From Candidatus Altiarchaeota archaeon (GTDB lineage Archaea > Altiarchaeota > Altiarchaeia > IMC4 > SCGC-AAA252-I15), in assembly GCA_043804895.1 (NCBI GenBank), contig JAZDIN010000016.1, forward strand, positions 1 to 18,680: DNA of 18,680 nt. The letters run 5' to 3'. Positions 15,909 through 18,680 of the stretch are shown piece by piece. How positions within the stretch are numbered: position 1 is the stretch's first letter; the number at the start of each line of letters is the position of its first letter. Position numbers and translations under genes: made by a program. The notes under the pieces are model-generated. The model was not told the DNA's origin, searched no databases, and saw only the letters and a list, made by a program, of their open reading frames with translations.

Positions 15909-17747
15909 GGCGTAACTGATGTTCACCACGGCTAGGCTCAACGTCAAGATTACTTTTCTGGATTCTGTTGTGGACACACAGTGTATAATTCTAGCTAAAT
16001 TCAGGGTAGAATTAGACACTGTGTAGAAATATCTGGATTATAAGTGCATATCCCATGATTAACTGTCATGGAGGGACTGAAATATTTTTCCAACGCTCGC
16101 GGTGGTTTTAAGGCTGCAGAAGGCGTATTAAAGATTGATGGATGTGTCTATGTCAGGGGATATTTTGCAGTATAGGCAGAGGGCTTTATTGGCCGTAGTT
16201 GATGAGCTTTCAGCCAGAGGCAAGTCTTCTAGGTTGATGATTGAGAAGAACCTGTTCCTGCTGAAAAAGGAGGAGTCATTGGATGAGGATATGAAGTTTT
16301 ACAACTTCTTCCCGTACAAATACGGTCCATTCTCCAATATGAGCTACTTCGACCTGAACGGCCTACGCTTGAAAGGCTACATTAACGAAGATGAGAAGAA
16401 TCCTAAGATTACTGAAAAAGCAAAGAGGATTATAACTTCGTTAAATCCGGGGGTGAAAAGAAAGATTACGGAGACAGCGGAAAGGTTCAAAACCGATAAT
16501 GAGATAAAGAGCTATGTTTATGACAAGTATCCGGAATACACAGTCAAAAGCGAGAGTTCCAAACAGAAAAGGGCGCCTAGTTCGCCTGGCATATTCACCA
16601 TCGGCTATGAGGGCAGGGACATAGATGCATTCCTCGATACCCTCATAAAGAGTTGCATTGAGGTCCTTGTTGATGTTCGAAGGAATCCATTCAGCATGAA
16701 TCTAAGCTTCACCCAAAAGAAGCTGAGCGAATACCTCCACAAAGTAGAAATCGCATACCAGCATATCCCAGAGCTTGGAATCGACGGAGAATTAAGGAAA
16801 AACATCGAGACCCCTGAAGACTACAAAAGACTGTTTGAAGGTTACAAAGAAACTCTGAAAGAAAAGAAAAAAGAACTTGAAGGGATAGCATCCCTCGGCG
16901 GAAAAAGCAGGATAGCGTTAATGTGTTTCGAACACGACAAAAACATGTGCCACAGAAGCGTGATAGCTGAATACCTAGGGGCAAACAATATACGGACTGT
17001 ACATTTATGACTGCTAAGGAAAAAGTCCTCGTTTTAGTGAGGGCAACGCCGGAAGAAAGTACGAAGTATGGACATAAAGTCTGCGTAGCGGGAATAACGG
17101 AGGCAAATGAATGGAGAAGGCTTTATCCCTTCAAATTCGTCTATGGGGAGAATCTGATAGACTTCAAGAAAAAGGACATCATAGAAGTTGAGCTTGGAGA
17201 ACCTGAAAATGACAAGCGAAGGGAAAGCCGGAAAGTACTCAAATATAGGAACCTCAGTTCTCCATTAGACGATGTTGACGCCATAAGGAGGGTATTGCCC
17301 CTGTTATCTTCTATCGAAAAGCTTGATTCTGAAATAGCCAGTCTAGGCATTGTAAAACCTGTTCTAAGTGGCATAGAAGTCAAAGTCAACGACACGAAAA
17401 TCTACGATGACCAGGCATATTTCTCAGTGGCTGGCGAGTTCATGGAAAAGCGGGAGAAAGTAAAGATGCCCATAGAGTTAAGGTACCATTTCAAATGCGC
17501 CAAGGAACCCACCTGCAAGGGACACAAGATTATCCTAATCGACTGGGAACTGAACGAATTGGCCAGAAACATACTGAAAAAGGAAAGCGAACCCAAAGTA
17601 GTCGAACAGAAAATCAGGGAAAGGTTCTACGACTTCATGTTAAAGCGAGATTTATACTTCATACTAGGAACGCATTTCAAATACAGGACATGGATGATAA
17701 TCGGCCTCTTCTACCTGCCCAAAGGACTACTCGACCAGAAGAACCTA
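15909..17747 (+). repeat. Copy 2 of the ~1.84-kb diverged direct repeat
   Basis: Matches copy 1; separated from it by a 93-bp unique spacer (15816-15908). Confidence 0.97.
16150..17010 (+). CDS. wHTH-DUF488 protein, copy 2
   Basis: 286 aa, same length as copy 1; about 37 substitutions by manual count (~87% identity); CFEHDKNMCHR intact. Confidence 0.85.
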   Translation: MSGDILQYRQRALLAVVDELSARGKSSRLMIEKNLFLLKKEESLDEDMKFYNFFPYKYGPFSNMSYFDLNGLRLKGYINEDEKNPKITEKAKRIITSLNPGVKRKITETAERFKTDNEIKSYVYDKYPEYTVKSESSKQKRAPSSPGIFTIGYEGRDIDAFLDTLIKSCIEVLVDVRRNPFSMNLSFTQKKLSEYLHKVEIAYQHIPELGIDGELRKNIETPEDYKRLFEGYKETLKEKKKELEGIASLGGKSRIALMCFEHDKNMCHRSVIAEYLGANNIRTVHL

Positions 17748-17759
17748 GCGGAATATTGA
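17007..17759 (+). CDS. DUF488-associated conserved hypothetical protein, copy 2
   Basis: About 86% identical to 15075-15830 by manual count; ends QKNLAEY. Confidence 0.75.
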   Translation: MTAKEKVLVLVRATPEESTKYGHKVCVAGITEANEWRRLYPFKFVYGENLIDFKKKDIIEVELGEPENDKRRESRKVLKYRNLSSPLDDVDAIRRVLPLLSSIEKLDSEIASLGIVKPVLSGIEVKVNDTKIYDDQAYFSVAGEFMEKREKVKMPIELRYHFKCAKEPTCKGHKIILIDWELNELARNILKKESEPKVVEQKIRERFYDFMLKRDLYFILGTHFKYRTWMIIGLFYLPKGLLDQKNLAEY

Positions 17760-17902
17760 AAAGGCACCGACACATCCCAATCCAAAAATGGGGCAGCACC
17801 ATACAACAACTACGCGCCTACCAGCCGGAGCGCATAGACCAGTACCTACTGGCCGCACAATAAGTATGGTCACGACGAATCAGCAAAATACTTTACAACA
17901 CC
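17760..17902 (+). mobile_element. Probable IS256-family remnant: transposase C-terminus plus right inverted repeat
   Basis: HIPIQKWGSTIQQLRAYQPERIDQYL* (stop 17863) resembles the IS256 transposase tail (MPIxxWxxxxxQLxIxFxxR); CAGCAAAATACTTTACAACACC (17881-17902) resembles IS256-type right ends. Both comparisons are from memory. Confidence 0.5.
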
Positions 17903-17999
17903 GTTATTTTGTTTAATTACTTGCCTTTCTGTGTGAATTTATACCACCGTGGATATTCACTGTTGGGGGTGGATGGGGAATCGTTTGGTTGTTTCTCTC

Positions 18000-18680
18000 C
18001 TAGATTTGTGATATTATGATATTTGTGTACCCGTACGCCTTCTTTTTGATTATGCCTCTTTGTTCGAGTTTTTGGAGTATCCGTGAAATCTTCATCTGGT
18101 TGATTTTTGTATCTTCCACGAGGCTTTTTTGTGTTAGGTAATGTCTGTTGTATACTATCCTCAAAACCTCTTTCTCCTCGGGGGGGAGTATATCTAATAT
18201 TTTTCCCAGCTGAATTTGTGAAATCCTCCTGCGCAGTACGATGCTGACCAGGCACCCTAAGGTGAATAATTCAATCACGTTAAGGTACATAACCCATCGG
18301 AAGGGTTTTTCCACTGTAAGTATGTGTAGGTCGCTGATGACTGCTAGCAATATGCCGAATATGAGGATCATGAAAATGACGATAAGCAGTTTTGTTTCTG
18401 AGAATCCTGGAAGCATTGTTAGAAGCCTTGTGGATGGGTGGGTCCTATATACCCTTGATTCAATTAGGTTTGTGTCGTCTTGCGGGGTTTTCATGATTAT
18501 TCCCCTGTCTTCTAGGCGTGAGAGAATTCTGGATATTTTAATCCGTGATAGCTCTGCTACGGCATACAATTCTACTTGAGTTATCCTCCGTCTGTTAAAT
18601 AGAATAGTCAGTACCTTTTTGTCGTCAGGCGGAAGGAGTTTAACCACCATCTCAAATTGCACCACATTAATCCCCCACTG
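18000..18680 (-). CDS. Membrane-anchored transcriptional regulator with two wHTH domains flanking two TM helices; probably 5'-partial
   Basis: Repeats LPPDDKKVL...ITQVEL...KISRILSRLEDRGII and LPPEEKEVL...LTQKSL...KISRILQKLEQRGII; hydrophobic hairpin between them; frame is open to the window edge (CAG TGG GGG ATT AAT GTG). Confidence 0.82.
   Translation of the reverse strand, partial: QWGINVVQFEMVVKLLPPDDKKVLTILFNRRRITQVELYAVAELSRIKISRILSRLEDRGIIMKTPQDDTNLIESRVYRTHPSTRLLTMLPGFSETKLLIVIFMILIFGILLAVISDLHILTVEKPFRWVMYLNVIELFTLGCLVSIVLRRRISQIQLGKILDILPPEEKEVLRIVYNRHYLTQKSLVEDTKINQMKISRILQKLEQRGIIKKKAYGYTNIIISQI

Noticed and set aside
17495-17863. 122-aa ORF overlapping partner copy 2
   Set aside because: Mostly an off-frame read of the real gene; only the last ~34 codons are kept, as the IS256-like remnant.
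17933-17960. GTGAAT...ATTCAC hairpin as a terminator
   Set aside because: Short, interrupted stem without a clear U-tract; insufficient support.
17917-18255. 112-aa minus-strand ORF
   Set aside because: Alternative frame overlapping the wHTH regulator; low-complexity and motif-free.
1-18680. CRISPR arrays, tRNA or rRNA genes
   Set aside because: No regularly spaced short repeats, cloverleaf or rRNA-like sequence seen in the intergenic regions.

Overview
Archaeal genomic window, judged from TATA-type promoters, GGAGGTG/AGGTGA ribosome-binding sites, an AbrB-PhoU regulator, a KaiC-like ATPase and GGR-/UbiA-like genes; the taxon cannot be fixed from sequence alone. Left (1-6.5 kb): phoU divergent from an operon of a fused double ABC permease, two ABC ATPases (the first lacks the switch histidine) and a divergent PurM, then two small ORFs missed by the ORF track. 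Middle (6.5-12.9 kb): a KaiC-like ATPase, tandem-V4R protein, MFS transporter, FAD oxidoreductase and UbiA prenyltransferase cluster, with a paralogous MFS gene transcribed divergently. This is a candidate make/export/sense system for a prenylated small molecule. Right (13.0-17.9 kb): an accessory island running from a truncated msrA to a probable IS256-family right-end remnant. It holds a wHTH/RelE-like toxin-antitoxin pair and a diverged direct duplication (1932-bp period) of a ~240-bp hairpin-rich non-coding leader, a wHTH-DUF488 gene and an uncharacterised partner gene. The window ends in a partial membrane-anchored double-wHTH regulator. All family calls come from motif recognition, not database searches.
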